The notes: generated from the letters alone by a model not told the origin. A stretch of DNA of 64,000 nt from an uncultured Candidatus Saccharibacteria bacterium (GCA_964385105.1 CAYLMU010000001.1:2252-66251), one strand, 5' to 3'. Shown: positions 40,814 to 50,509, numbered from the stretch's first letter. Numbers and translations are program-made.

Positions 40814-40822
40814 TGATATAAT
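40814..40822 (+). promoter_or_regulatory. extended -10 promoter element TGATATAAT
   Basis: TGnTATAAT ~150 nt upstream of ATG 40971. Confidence 0.45.
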
Positions 40823-40921
40823 ACATACGGTTCCTTTCCATTCCTTTTTCTTTTCTTAGCAACATTCGTTGCAGTAAGCACACAACTTATGTGGCCAAAC
40901 GTTAATCGTTTGAAATGTGTA

Positions 40922-40950
40922 ATCCGTGGAAAGTTCCGCGGATTTTTTTG
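40922..40950 (+). promoter_or_regulatory. terminator-like attenuator hairpin in 5' leader (ATCCGTGG-AAAGTT-CCGCGGAT + T7)
   Basis: 8-bp stem then TTTTTTTGTTTTT immediately upstream of SD AAGGAGGTGA. Confidence 0.5.
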
Positions 40951-40970
40951 TTTTTAAGGAGGTGAGTGTA

Positions 40971-41270
40971 ATGCAAGATAGAAAAGACTTAATAACGGGT
41001 TTGTGGAAATTCTCCGATAAAATCTCTCGTGAAGATTTAGCAAAATTTGCTGAAGAGAAACTTGCCACAGACGAAAACTATGAACAATTATATGTAAGAA
41101 AATGCAGCAAAGATCAGTATGGCATTGGTTTTGCGTATAAATACGACGGCACTAGCGAAAGCTTTGACAATTATGGCGACGAAACAAAGGATATGTTATA
41201 CAAGAATTTCGGTGCTGCGCTGGTAGGCTGGGATTTAGGAAGTTCGACAATAACGGTTAAGGGTTTCTAA
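40971..41270 (+). CDS. hypothetical protein
   Basis: ATG 40971 with AAGGAGGTGA 5 nt upstream; 99 aa; ORF-track start 40926 lacks RBS. Confidence 0.55.
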   Translation: MQDRKDLITGLWKFSDKISREDLAKFAEEKLATDENYEQLYVRKCSKDQYGIGFAYKYDGTSESFDNYGDETKDMLYKNFGAALVGWDLGSSTITVKGF

Positions 41271-41271
41271 C

Positions 41272-41303
41272 TTCAGGTGGAAAGGAACCACCTGAATATT
41301 TTC
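41272..41303 (+). terminator. intrinsic terminator (TTCAGGTGG...CCACCTGAA + T-run)
   Basis: 9-bp stem, TATTTTCAT tail. Confidence 0.7.
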
Positions 41304-41353
41304 ATATGCTTTCATATGGCAATACAAATTGTAGTATGTTAACTTAAATCCAT

Positions 41354-41656
41354 ATGGCTAACCCCACGAATTCCCAAATTTTAAAAAGAGTGGATAAAAA
41401 TACAATAAAAATAGAAAAGATGTCGGCTGATATCGAAAAAATTAAAATTCAAATCTCTAACATTCACTTAAAACTCTTTGAACACGATAGAAGATTTGAA
41501 ATTCTTGAAGAACGTACTGCACTAATACCAAAACTATATGACAACGTCGATAAAATATTAAAGGAATTAATCGAGGGTCGACAAGAACGCATGATTACGA
41601 TGCATAAGCTGAATAACCATGAAGATAGAATCATCTATTTAGAAAATAGAGCTTAG
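41354..41656 (+). CDS. hypothetical coiled-coil protein
   Basis: 100 aa heptad-like K/E/I-rich. Confidence 0.45.
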   Translation: MANPTNSQILKRVDKNTIKIEKMSADIEKIKIQISNIHLKLFEHDRRFEILEERTALIPKLYDNVDKILKELIEGRQERMITMHKLNNHEDRIIYLENRA

Positions 41657-41720
41657 TAAAAACTTTTAAAACCCGCTTTTATATTGCAGCCCACATACGG
41701 GCATGTTACCTTAAATACGC

Positions 41721-42422
41721 ATGCATAAACCAAGGACTAAAATAATTGCCACAATTGGTCCGGCAACTTTAAAATTTGCAGTTTTCCAAAAGCTTGTTGA
41801 CTCGGGTATTGATTTTATAAGAATTAATACTTCATATGGTAATGAGCATCAGTATAATCAGATATTAAAAAATTTAAGATACAGCGCAAACTCTTCACAT
41901 ATTGAGCCTATTTTAGACGTAAAAAATTTAGACATTTTAGACTACGCAATAAAAAATAATATTAAATACATTGCTTTATCTTTTGTTGAAAGTGCCGACC
42001 AAATTAAAAAGGTAAGAGAAAAAATGCCCGAATCCTTTGTTATTTCAAAAATAGAATCTGTTGGAGGGGTTGATAATTTTACTGAAATTTTAGATGCTTC
42101 AAATGGGATTATGGTTGCAAGAGGCGATTTGGGAGTTGCAGTCAGTTTAGAAAAAGTTCCGCCATTACAAAAATATTTTACAAAGTTAACAATCGAGAAA
42201 AATAAATTTTTGGTGGCAGCAACAGAAATGCTCTTGTCGATGGTAAATAACCCAACCCCTACCCGTGCCGAAGCTTCAGATGTGGCAAATGCAGTTTTTG
42301 ACGGCTCGTCCGCAGTAATGTTGTCTGAAGAAACTGCCATAGGAAAACATCCTGTTGAAACAGTGCAAATCATGAAAAAAATAATTGTTGAAGCAGAAAA
42401 ATATAACGGTAAACTTACTTAG
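41721..42422 (+). CDS. pyk: pyruvate kinase, minimal form lacking B (lid) and C-terminal domains
   Basis: KIIATIGPA, PILDVKN (catalytic Lys), MVARGDLG, TRAEASDVANAV, MLSEETA PK A-domain motifs in only 233 aa. Confidence 0.7.
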   Translation: MHKPRTKIIATIGPATLKFAVFQKLVDSGIDFIRINTSYGNEHQYNQILKNLRYSANSSHIEPILDVKNLDILDYAIKNNIKYIALSFVESADQIKKVREKMPESFVISKIESVGGVDNFTEILDASNGIMVARGDLGVAVSLEKVPPLQKYFTKLTIEKNKFLVAATEMLLSMVNNPTPTRAEASDVANAVFDGSSAVMLSEETAIGKHPVETVQIMKKIIVEAEKYNGKLT

Positions 42423-42768
42423 CCAAAGGTGACAAAAACGAACTAATTAGAGATAACAAAATACTAAACAAAAATGCATTTAACAAAGTGCCCGTATTAA
42501 ACCCAACTACCAAATAATCAACAAGCAACACCATAGCAGTATTAATAACTAAAGCAAAAAGTCCAAAAGTCACTAAGGTAATGGGAAACGTTAATATTGT
42601 AAGTACAGGCCTAACAAATGCATTTAAAGCCCCCAGTACAATTGCTACTATCACTACTGTTTCTATGCTTGACACTTCAACTCCCGGTAATAAGTATGAA
42701 GCTACATAAACAGAAATTGCGCCCACCAATATGTTTAAGATTAATTTCATATACAAATACAATACCAT
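42415..42768 (-). CDS. PF04020-like (phage holin family 4 / YvlD-like) membrane protein
   Basis: 4 TM pattern LLPG...GALNAFVRP. Confidence 0.5.
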   Translation of the reverse strand: MVLYLYMKLILNILVGAISVYVASYLLPGVEVSSIETVVIVAIVLGALNAFVRPVLTILTFPITLVTFGLFALVINTAMVLLVDYLVVGFNTGTLLNAFLFSILLSLISSFLSPLAK

Positions 42769-42794
42769 ATTTTTAAAGATGTTATAATCAATTT

Positions 42795-43364
42795 ATGTTT
42801 AATGCACTGATTTCTTCAAGTTTGAAGGATCCGTCAAATATTAAATTTGATGGCGAAGACTCGGACGAGCGGATTTTATATGCTTTTAGGCGTGCTCTAA
42901 TCACAAACTTTGATTGGCTTTTTGTTTCTGTTTTGCTTGTATTAACACCTATTGTTGCACAAACTATCCTTTCTTTGGCAAGTCCGGATGCGTTGGCAGA
43001 GGTTCCGACTTCTTTTATATTGGTTTTAATGGCATTTTGGTATTTGTTCACTGCAGGATTCATTTTTCAAAACTTTTTAAACTGGTATTTCAATGTTTAC
43101 ATAATTACAAACAAAAGAATTGTAGACATAGATTTTGTTGGACTTTTATATAAAAATGTGTCGGAAGCACCCCTCAGAAGCGTTGAAGATGTAACTTCTA
43201 ACATTGGGGGTACAACCAGAGTTATCTTTAATTATGGTTCTGTGTTAATTCAAACTGCCGCCGAAAAGCGCGAATTTGAATTTACCGACGTTGCCAATCC
43301 GTCAAAGGTACGTGATATATTATCTGACATTGTTACTCAAATTAAAAACGGGCATAAACTATGA
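42795..43364 (+). CDS. membrane protein with bacterial PH (bPH_2/YdbT-like) domain
   Basis: two N-terminal TM then YIITNKRIVDIDF...bPH-like core. Confidence 0.5.
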   Translation: MFNALISSSLKDPSNIKFDGEDSDERILYAFRRALITNFDWLFVSVLLVLTPIVAQTILSLASPDALAEVPTSFILVLMAFWYLFTAGFIFQNFLNWYFNVYIITNKRIVDIDFVGLLYKNVSEAPLRSVEDVTSNIGGTTRVIFNYGSVLIQTAAEKREFEFTDVANPSKVRDILSDIVTQIKNGHKL

Positions 43365-43597
43365 CAGAAGATTTAGTAATAAACTTATTTTCAATATCAG
43401 GGTTTGTGCAAATGTTAAGTTTTCTTATTGTACTAGGAGCAGGTGTATATGTTTTAATTGCCTTTATTATTATTAGAGAAGTAGGTCTTATGAACAATAG
43501 TTTTTCAACACCTCTTGCTCCGTTGTTTAAGTTTGTTGCGTATACACATTTTTTGTTATCTGTTATAGTATTGCTGATTTCAATACTGGCAATTTAA
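43361..43597 (+). CDS. hypothetical small membrane protein
   Basis: 78 aa, 2 TM, 4-nt overlap with upstream gene. Confidence 0.45.
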   Translation: MTEDLVINLFSISGFVQMLSFLIVLGAGVYVLIAFIIIREVGLMNNSFSTPLAPLFKFVAYTHFLLSVIVLLISILAI

Positions 43598-43598
43598 T

Positions 43599-45368
43599 AT
43601 GAATAAACAACTGACTGCCAAAATTCAAAAAATAAATCCCAAGCTTCCTGATGAAGCAAAAAATATTGCGCGCGCGATTGTTATTGAACCCGACGATGAG
43701 ATTATGCTTGAAAAAAAGGGCACACTTTATACGGTTTTTGACGTTTCTTCAAAAAAATCCGTTGATAACCTTTTGGTCTCAAAAATAGTAAATGATGTTT
43801 TACACGACTCATACTTTCAGGCTGAAAGCACATCCCCGATTCAATCGATTGAAAAATCCATACTTAAATTAAGAGATAATATGGTAGAACTCACAAAAAC
43901 TGGGGATGCACTTGATTCTGACATGAGTTTTAACATTGCTACTGCAGTGTTGTGGGGAAATACGCTTTACCTTGTTCAATATGGAAGCACTGCTGTTTAT
44001 CTCATGCGTGACGGAACTACCAAACCCATTGATTCTGCAACTGAAGGTAGTTTTGCAGTAGCTTCTGGTGTAATTAAAGACAATGACGTGGTGATTTTGG
44101 CAACAGAAAATTTTAGCGAGAAATATCCTCCTGAGAAGCTGGTGGGTATTTCAGGCATAGGTATTGACGAGCTTGATGAACTTGAATCAAGCATGATTTT
44201 AAAGTTCAACATCAAAAAAGAGTTCTCAGAAGATGAGGTATTGGACTTTGGTCATAAAGTTCAAAACACTATGTCTATTGCCGAAGATGAACCTGTACCT
44301 TCACGGAGGCCGCATAGGTTAAAAAGCTCAAAGCCAAATATTAATCTAAAAGAAAAACCTAAATGGATTATAGCTGTATTTGCACTTTTTATACTTTTAG
44401 TGCTTTTTGTGATTGGGTCAAGGTTATTAGATAACAACGGTGAAAACACCGAAGCGGCACAAGAATCAAACGCTTTATCGATAACAGAAACACAACCTCA
44501 ACCTGCTGCAACTGAAACCACTCCTGTTATAGATATAGAGCAAGATCGAGCAAATAAGATTACCCGCATCACACCAGAAGTTTTTTATGATTTAAAACTT
44601 GCCGATACTAGCGTAAATGTAGATGATATTGAAGTTACTGATTTGGTTATTGTTGCAAGTGACAATGCAACCGGCAATTTATATGTTTCAGACATTAAAA
44701 CTCCAAAATTTGCCGTAATTCCCGACCAAACATATTCTCAAATTCACGATTTAATAAAATATGAAGAAGCAATCGGATTTTTTGATTCAGAAGGATTTAA
44801 GGTTTATGACCCTATAAATCAAGAGGTCACAAATTCATACAGTGCCGCCGGTATAGGGCCATCAACAACATATTTGGATTTTGTTTATGCTATAGCTGAT
44901 GGTGCCATTACTAAATATACGAAGGGCGAAGGTGCATTATCCGGAGAAGTGTGGGCCAAAAACACCACTACGCCAAAAATTAAGGACATGGGTATTGATC
45001 AAAGAATTTATGCCATAACCGACGATAATCAACTTGTAAGATTCACAACCGGAGAACTTGATAACTTTGAAGTCAGCGGCCTTGACAAGCCATTAAATAA
45101 TCCTAAAAAAATTGTTGTAGATATAGACCTTGAAAACATTTACATTGTAGACGCAGGAAATAACCGTATACTTATTCTTGATAAACAAGGCGTATTGCTC
45201 AGGCAGCTTAAACTTGAAAACGAGACTGACTGGGGAGATTTAAAAAGTATAGCAATAAACTACAACGAAACTATGGCATATGTTGTAAACGGAACAAAGG
45301 TATACGAAGTTGATTTGACAGTACAAAATCCTGAAGATGCAGAAGAAACCGACACTCTTACCGAATAA
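43599..45368 (+). CDS. membrane protein with N-terminal PP2C/SpoIIE-like phosphatase-like domain and C-terminal NHL-repeat beta-propeller
   Basis: central TM (WIIAVFALFILLVLFVIG); NHL-like repeat NIYIVDAGNNRILILD; N-terminal region resembles PP2C fold but metal-binding Asp pattern not verified. Confidence 0.5.
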   Translation: MNKQLTAKIQKINPKLPDEAKNIARAIVIEPDDEIMLEKKGTLYTVFDVSSKKSVDNLLVSKIVNDVLHDSYFQAESTSPIQSIEKSILKLRDNMVELTKTGDALDSDMSFNIATAVLWGNTLYLVQYGSTAVYLMRDGTTKPIDSATEGSFAVASGVIKDNDVVILATENFSEKYPPEKLVGISGIGIDELDELESSMILKFNIKKEFSEDEVLDFGHKVQNTMSIAEDEPVPSRRPHRLKSSKPNINLKEKPKWIIAVFALFILLVLFVIGSRLLDNNGENTEAAQESNALSITETQPQPAATETTPVIDIEQDRANKITRITPEVFYDLKLADTSVNVDDIEVTDLVIVASDNATGNLYVSDIKTPKFAVIPDQTYSQIHDLIKYEEAIGFFDSEGFKVYDPINQEVTNSYSAAGIGPSTTYLDFVYAIADGAITKYTKGEGALSGEVWAKNTTTPKIKDMGIDQRIYAITDDNQLVRFTTGELDNFEVSGLDKPLNNPKKIVVDIDLENIYIVDAGNNRILILDKQGVLLRQLKLENETDWGDLKSIAINYNETMAYVVNGTKVYEVDLTVQNPEDAEETDTLTE

Positions 45369-45422
45369 AAAAATAAAGCGACTTTTTACTTAAAAACCCG
45401 TATATTCTGCTATTATAAGCAC

Positions 45423-45887
45423 ATGCTTCTGGTAAAAAATAAAAAAGCTACGCACGAATATGAAATCATTGAAAAATTTATGGCAGGTATAGCACTTAAA
45501 GGTTACGAGGTAAAAGCAATTCGTGAAGGCAAAGTGGGCTTTGATGGTTCATACATAAAAATGTTACAAGGAAGGCCATACGTGGTTGGAATGACAATTG
45601 GAAGATACTCCAAACAAAGCCAAGACGTCGACAAACTCGATACGGACAGAAGCAGAGCTTTGTTAATGACCAAAAAAGAAATTGAAAAACTGCAACGCGA
45701 ACTAAATCAAAAAGGAAAAACAGCAATACCCCTGGCTTTGGTACTTAGAAACAATATGGTAAAATTGGAATCTGCAATAGTAAAAGGACGAACAAAATAC
45801 GAAAAAAAGGTTGTAGCAAAAGAAAAACAAATAAAAAAGGACCTTGAAAAATTTAATAGCGAAATACGAAGATCAACAGGATTTTAA
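45423..45887 (+). CDS. smpB: SsrA-binding protein
   Basis: N-terminal KKATHEYEI...EAGIALKGYEVK SmpB signature. Confidence 0.9.
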   Translation: MLLVKNKKATHEYEIIEKFMAGIALKGYEVKAIREGKVGFDGSYIKMLQGRPYVVGMTIGRYSKQSQDVDKLDTDRSRALLMTKKEIEKLQRELNQKGKTAIPLALVLRNNMVKLESAIVKGRTKYEKKVVAKEKQIKKDLEKFNSEIRRSTGF

Positions 45888-45910
45888 GCGTACATAGCGC
45901 AATTAAACAT

Positions 45911-46305
45911 GGGGATGATCGGCTTTGACTGAATGATCTATGTATGAGGGCAAGCCAAGTTGTTGGAACTTGTAAAAACCAGCAAAACTTAAGTGCAAAC
46001 TCAAACGCACGAGCAGCAAAACCGGCTTTAGCTGGCGTTGCAGCTTAATTAAGCTCAATTAACGAAGCTTAGGTTCTTTATCTTTTACCCGGAAAAGATA
46101 CAAGAATCTCATAAAACCGGGTTGAGGTAATATTACATTGACCATGCGATATTACCGAGAGTATAAAACTCAAACCTTATGGTCTTAAGAAACTCTTATA
46201 GTAATTCGGCAGCTTTGGGTTTCTGACATTAAATGCTGAATAAGCTTGTATACCTTTATATTTTAGGCATTCAACACACGGGTTCGATTCCCGTCATCTC
46301 CACCA
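45911..46305 (+). ncRNA. ssrA: tmRNA (ssrA), tag reading frame 45996-46049 encoding ANSNARAAKPALAGVAA*
   Basis: 5' GGGGATGATCGG pairs with 3' ...CCGTCATCTCCACCA; GGGTTCGATTCCC T-arm; internal short ORF ending ...AA-TAA; directly downstream of smpB. Confidence 0.85.
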
Positions 46306-46415
46306 ATGAACTATTTTGATTTACTAAAACCATGCAAAACCTGAACAATCTAGTGGGAGACTTGTCGCGGGTCTATTTTTTGAATGTAGCAAAAGAATAT
46401 ACACCAAATAATTTA

Positions 46416-46718
46416 TTAGTATCCAAATTCCATGCCAAACTGTCCGTCTGGCTTTACATTAATAAGTACACTCTTCAATTCGCCTTTTTCTTCACTCGTG
46501 TGCAATTGTTTGAGCTGTAACAACTCCGGAAGTCCTCCAGGAGCCCCAAAGCTTACAGCTTCTCCATTAACTAAAGCATCTGCTTTAACATTAATCACTC
46601 CAGGTGTTGAGTAGTCAACATTTACATTTATGTTTTCCCAACCCTGCGGTGCAGTTGATATAACTTTTCTAATATAAGGTTCAACTATTTGTTGAAAATC
46701 ATCAAAATTATTATTCAT
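46416..46718 (-). CDS. DUF600/YezG-like putative immunity protein (orphan)
   Basis: APQGWENINVNVDYS...VSF resembles YezG pattern; start ATG 46718. Confidence 0.4.
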   Translation of the reverse strand: MNNNFDDFQQIVEPYIRKVISTAPQGWENINVNVDYSTPGVINVKADALVNGEAVSFGAPGGLPELLQLKQLHTSEEKGELKSVLINVKPDGQFGMEFGY

Positions 46719-46737
46719 ATAAAAATTGTAGCATACT

Positions 46738-47946
46738 TCAAACCCCATTATTCACTCGACCACTACTACAGCTACCTAATAACAAATAAAATCCAAAACC
46801 TAACAAAACTAACGTGAGCATCCATTGCAAGGAATATAAAGCCAGCCACGGCACTAAAAAAACCATAATAAAAATTAATGTTTCGGCCGCCACATAATTT
46901 TTCACTACACACGTACGCGACCACAAGAATAAAGGAATCAGATAAACTAAAAGGTCCGTGTTCATTGTGTGCAAATTTAAAATTGGCGTAAAAAAGACTG
47001 CAATAGAAAATAAGTGTGAAATATTTGTGTTTATGTTTAATTTATTCAATCGCTTAGTCACATATAAGTAAATCGGGGTAATTAAAAGCATTGAAGCTGT
47101 TTTTGCGTGTGAATTTGATTGCGTAAAGAAACTCATTACAGAAACTAAATTAAAGTTAAACTTAATACTGGTGCCATAATTTGACGAATCGGTAAAAAAT
47201 AAAAGACTTATATAGTCAGGTAAAAAATCCCAGCCGTAAAGAAGAGAATTCACCACACACATAAATAAAACGCTTAAAGCCGCCCCAAAAATAAAAGATT
47301 TTCTGGATTTTATGTTATGGATGCTAAAAGCTAATAGCAGGGCAATGAGCAAAAATTGCGGCTTTATAAATAAAAACCCAATAAGTACCCCTGAAATGAA
47401 ATAATTACCTTTTTTTAAAAATACATAAGATAGGGTCAACAAAAATAATATGACGCCGGCTGGCTGACCGCCTATTAGTGTGTGCCAAAATGAAAAATGC
47501 CATGGAATCAAAACAATATATAATCCGGCAATGCGATAATCCAAATTTGTATTCATTAATAAAAGCACAAGGGAAATTGCTATGAGAAAAGTATTTACAC
47601 TTACTACTGCCCAAAAAGCGCTTGTCATTGATAGATTGGCGAGGGGGGCATAAAAGTATGCAGTCACAGGTGGATTAATAAACGCAAGAACCCCATTAAG
47701 TGAAACAGGTTCAAGTAATTGATTTTGCACAGCTGTCTGGTGTGTAAGATCGTATAGATTAGAAATATTCCCTGAAGCGGCAATATTACCTCCTACCAAA
47801 AAAGCTATAAAATCAGTTGTTCCGTTTAGTTTTTTATAATCAGAATATGGTGAGGCCAAACCCAAGGCGAACCCGAGTGACAAGGCAGCTAAACTTACCC
47901 ATAAATACACCCAAATTGCCTTTTGAGTCATTATAAATTTTCTCAT
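46738..47946 (-). CDS. polytopic membrane protein, DUF2029/GT87-like glycosyltransferase family
   Basis: ~11 TM; N-terminal DFIAFLVGGNIAASGNISNLYD loop typical of GT87/PimE-like. Confidence 0.5.
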   Translation of the reverse strand: MRKFIMTQKAIWVYLWVSLAALSLGFALGLASPYSDYKKLNGTTDFIAFLVGGNIAASGNISNLYDLTHQTAVQNQLLEPVSLNGVLAFINPPVTAYFYAPLANLSMTSAFWAVVSVNTFLIAISLVLLLMNTNLDYRIAGLYIVLIPWHFSFWHTLIGGQPAGVILFLLTLSYVFLKKGNYFISGVLIGFLFIKPQFLLIALLLAFSIHNIKSRKSFIFGAALSVLFMCVVNSLLYGWDFLPDYISLLFFTDSSNYGTSIKFNFNLVSVMSFFTQSNSHAKTASMLLITPIYLYVTKRLNKLNINTNISHLFSIAVFFTPILNLHTMNTDLLVYLIPLFLWSRTCVVKNYVAAETLIFIMVFLVPWLALYSLQWMLTLVLLGFGFYLLLGSCSSGRVNNGV

Positions 47947-48057
47947 TACTCAAGTTTAAATTAGATTTTATTTTTTGGGTAATAAACATTAAGCCGGAGA
48001 CCTGCTCCGACTTAATTTAGTGGTAATACCATTTCTCGTGAGTCTGACGACGTGACT

Positions 48058-48360
48058 TTAAACAATTTCTTCAAGGTTTTCTTTTGCTTTATCTCGTTCT
48101 CTTTTAGCTTTTGTTTTCATTTCGTTAAGTCTTTTTGAAGCTTTATCCATAGCCTCTATTCTTTTTTCGTCTGCTACTTCTTTTACTTCAGTTGCCTTGG
48201 TGTCTACATTATTTTTGATTTCTTCAGCTTTCTGCTTAACTTTCTCACGATTTTCTCTATTTGATAAGTAGGTGGCTGCTGCTCCAACTACTGCACCTAC
48301 TATAGCGGCCTTCACTACTCCATTACCGTTTTGTGCTTTATGTTCTTTATTGTGAGCCAT
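48058..48360 (-). CDS. YtxH-like general stress protein
   Basis: Gly/Ala-rich N-terminal helix then K/E-rich coil; strong SD GGAGGTG. Confidence 0.5.
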   Translation of the reverse strand: MAHNKEHKAQNGNGVVKAAIVGAVVGAAATYLSNRENREKVKQKAEEIKNNVDTKATEVKEVADEKRIEAMDKASKRLNEMKTKAKRERDKAKENLEEIV

Positions 48361-48376
48361 CTAACTTCACCTCCAA

Positions 48377-48604
48377 TCAAACTTTAAGTAATTTGGTTAT
48401 TATGCTAAATGCGCCGTATGACACGCCGTTTTTTATGGTTTTTACCATTTTGGCCGTATCGTCAATAACTTCCATGCTATTCTCAAGCGAATCAATTAAC
48501 AAAGTCAATTTCTCATTAACATTTATTACAAAATACCAAACTGCTCCTACCAACAATAATGATGCCAGTGACAGTGAAAAATATAATACATCCAAAGAAT
48601 TCAT
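48377..48604 (-). CDS. DUF948-like small membrane protein
   Basis: N-terminal TM + coiled segment; adjacent to YtxH-like as in Firmicutes ytxGH. Confidence 0.4.
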   Translation of the reverse strand: MNSLDVLYFSLSLASLLLVGAVWYFVINVNEKLTLLIDSLENSMEVIDDTAKMVKTIKNGVSYGAFSIITKLLKV

Positions 48605-48673
48605 GAATTTATAATAGTTTCTTTGGTTTAGAGTTCAATGAAAAAAGTGTAAGAATAGTGTTAGGTAATTGGC

Positions 48674-50509
48674 TCACTGGTAGCCTTTTCTTTGCAGTTC
48701 AAAAGCATGGCGATAAATTCCCGTGTTTAATTGCATAAGCTCTTCGTGTGTACCGTCTTCAATGATTTTTCCTTTATCCAAAACAATTATTCTGTCGGCA
48801 TTTCTTACAGTCGAAAACCTATGTGAAATTATTATTACCGTTTTTTCGTTTGCAAAGTCAAACAATCTTTCAAAAATTTCAAATTCTGCTTTTGGGTCTA
48901 TGGCACTGGTGGGTTCATCAAGGATGAGTATGGGCGCGTCCTTAAAAAATGCCCGTGCCAAAGCAATTTTTTGTTTTTGGCCAATGGAAGGTGTTATTCC
49001 TCCTTTATAAGCACGACTCAAAACCTGATCATATTTATGTGCATATGAATCAATAAATTCATGTGCTCCTGTTTTTTGCGCTGAATCTACGACTCTCTCA
49101 AAATCATTAATTAAATCAATATTACCCACACTTATATTAGTTTTGGCGTCAAAATGATAAAAATTAAACTGTTGAAACAACACACCAACCATTTCATACC
49201 AGCTTTCAGTGTCAAGATCTCTTATGTTATGCCCATTTACCAATATTGCACCTCCGGTAACATCATAAAATCTCATAAGCAGCTTTATGAGGGTCGTTTT
49301 TCCCGAACCGTTTTCGCCAACAATGGCTACATGATCTTTTGAGTTAATCGTTAAATTTAGCTTGTCAAAAATTAACCTGTCAGTGCCGGGGTAAGCAAAT
49401 GAAACGTCTCTAAACTCTATTGTAGGTGGAACATTGCTTTTGGGTAAATGAATCTCACCAGGCAGTATTTTTTCTTCAAAAGAAAGTACTTTAAAAATAT
49501 CTCTAACATATAATCCGCTTTCAAACATTTGCGAAACCCTAACAAATAAGCCTGTAAACGACATTTGAAGATTTCCTACCGTTGCCATATAAAATGTGAA
49601 ATTACCTATGGTTATCTCTCTTGCCAAAACAGCTAGAGCAGTTAACAATAATATTGCCCCGAAGCCAAAAACTCCCAGCAAATCTCCTAGTATTGATATT
49701 GCACTCCTTTTTGTTTCAACCGTAACTTGCTCTTTTTGAAAAGTGTAAAAAAGGTTATATGTTCTTTGAAGCAAATACTGTCTTAATTTAAAAATTCTGA
49801 CTTCCATCAGCGAGTCCTGATTTAAAAGGTGACTTTTAGAATCCCAGTAATCTCGTCTTACATCGCCTTTTGCCGCCCAAATGCCATAACTTCTTCTTCC
49901 AAAAATTATGTTTATAACAGCTCTTGGTAGCGTAGTTAAAAACAAAATAAATATGTATATAGGGTTTATTAAAATAATTATCGATACTGCTGTAACAATA
50001 GAAACAATTGAATCTAAAGTTACAAGCAAAGAACCTATAAATTGCTGCGGTCGAGTCTGAGAATTTTCTCTCACTTGATTTATTAAATCAAGTGTTTCAG
50101 GCTGTTCAAAAAACTCCATGTCTAAATTTGAAATTTTTGAGGTGATATCATGGCTCATATCTCTTCCAATATCAAACCATTGGAGCATTTCAAAATATCT
50201 ACTTAGACCATTTGCTAACTGTCGCAAGAACATAACACCAACAGCTACTCCTAAAAAAGTAAATAAAACAGATTGTGAAGTTGCATTTCCATCCAACATA
50301 GAAATTAAAGTATCAATAACCTTACTGTTGACCCATGAAGATAAAAAGGGAAGAACAGAGGATATCAATATTAAAATCATGTATATGCTTAACGCTTTTG
50401 GTGATTTACTAAAAGCATATTTGAGCATTAATACACTTGTATGAACAATGTCTTTAAAATCCTGGTAATACTTCTTGAAGTTTAATTTGTTGTGTTCTTC
50501 GGCAGACAT
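48674..50509 (-). CDS. ABC transporter, fused permease/ATP-binding (exporter type)
   Basis: 6 TM N-domain; Walker A GENGSGKTT, signature-like SIGQKQ, Walker B ILILDEPTSAID. Confidence 0.9.
   Translation of the reverse strand: MSAEEHNKLNFKKYYQDFKDIVHTSVLMLKYAFSKSPKALSIYMILILISSVLPFLSSWVNSKVIDTLISMLDGNATSQSVLFTFLGVAVGVMFLRQLANGLSRYFEMLQWFDIGRDMSHDITSKISNLDMEFFEQPETLDLINQVRENSQTRPQQFIGSLLVTLDSIVSIVTAVSIIILINPIYIFILFLTTLPRAVINIIFGRRSYGIWAAKGDVRRDYWDSKSHLLNQDSLMEVRIFKLRQYLLQRTYNLFYTFQKEQVTVETKRSAISILGDLLGVFGFGAILLLTALAVLAREITIGNFTFYMATVGNLQMSFTGLFVRVSQMFESGLYVRDIFKVLSFEEKILPGEIHLPKSNVPPTIEFRDVSFAYPGTDRLIFDKLNLTINSKDHVAIVGENGSGKTTLIKLLMRFYDVTGGAILVNGHNIRDLDTESWYEMVGVLFQQFNFYHFDAKTNISVGNIDLINDFERVVDSAQKTGAHEFIDSYAHKYDQVLSRAYKGGITPSIGQKQKIALARAFFKDAPILILDEPTSAIDPKAEFEIFERLFDFANEKTVIIISHRFSTVRNADRIIVLDKGKIIEDGTHEELMQLNTGIYRHAFELQRKGYQ

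Noticed and set aside
40856-41068. 70-aa minus-strand ORF across the leader/attenuator region
   Set aside because: Overlaps promoter, attenuator hairpin and start of the plus-strand gene; no RBS.
42415-42768. Prophage inferred from a holin-family membrane protein
   Set aside because: No lysin, capsid, terminase or integrase genes nearby; the PF04020-like fold also occurs as chromosomal YvlD-like membrane proteins.
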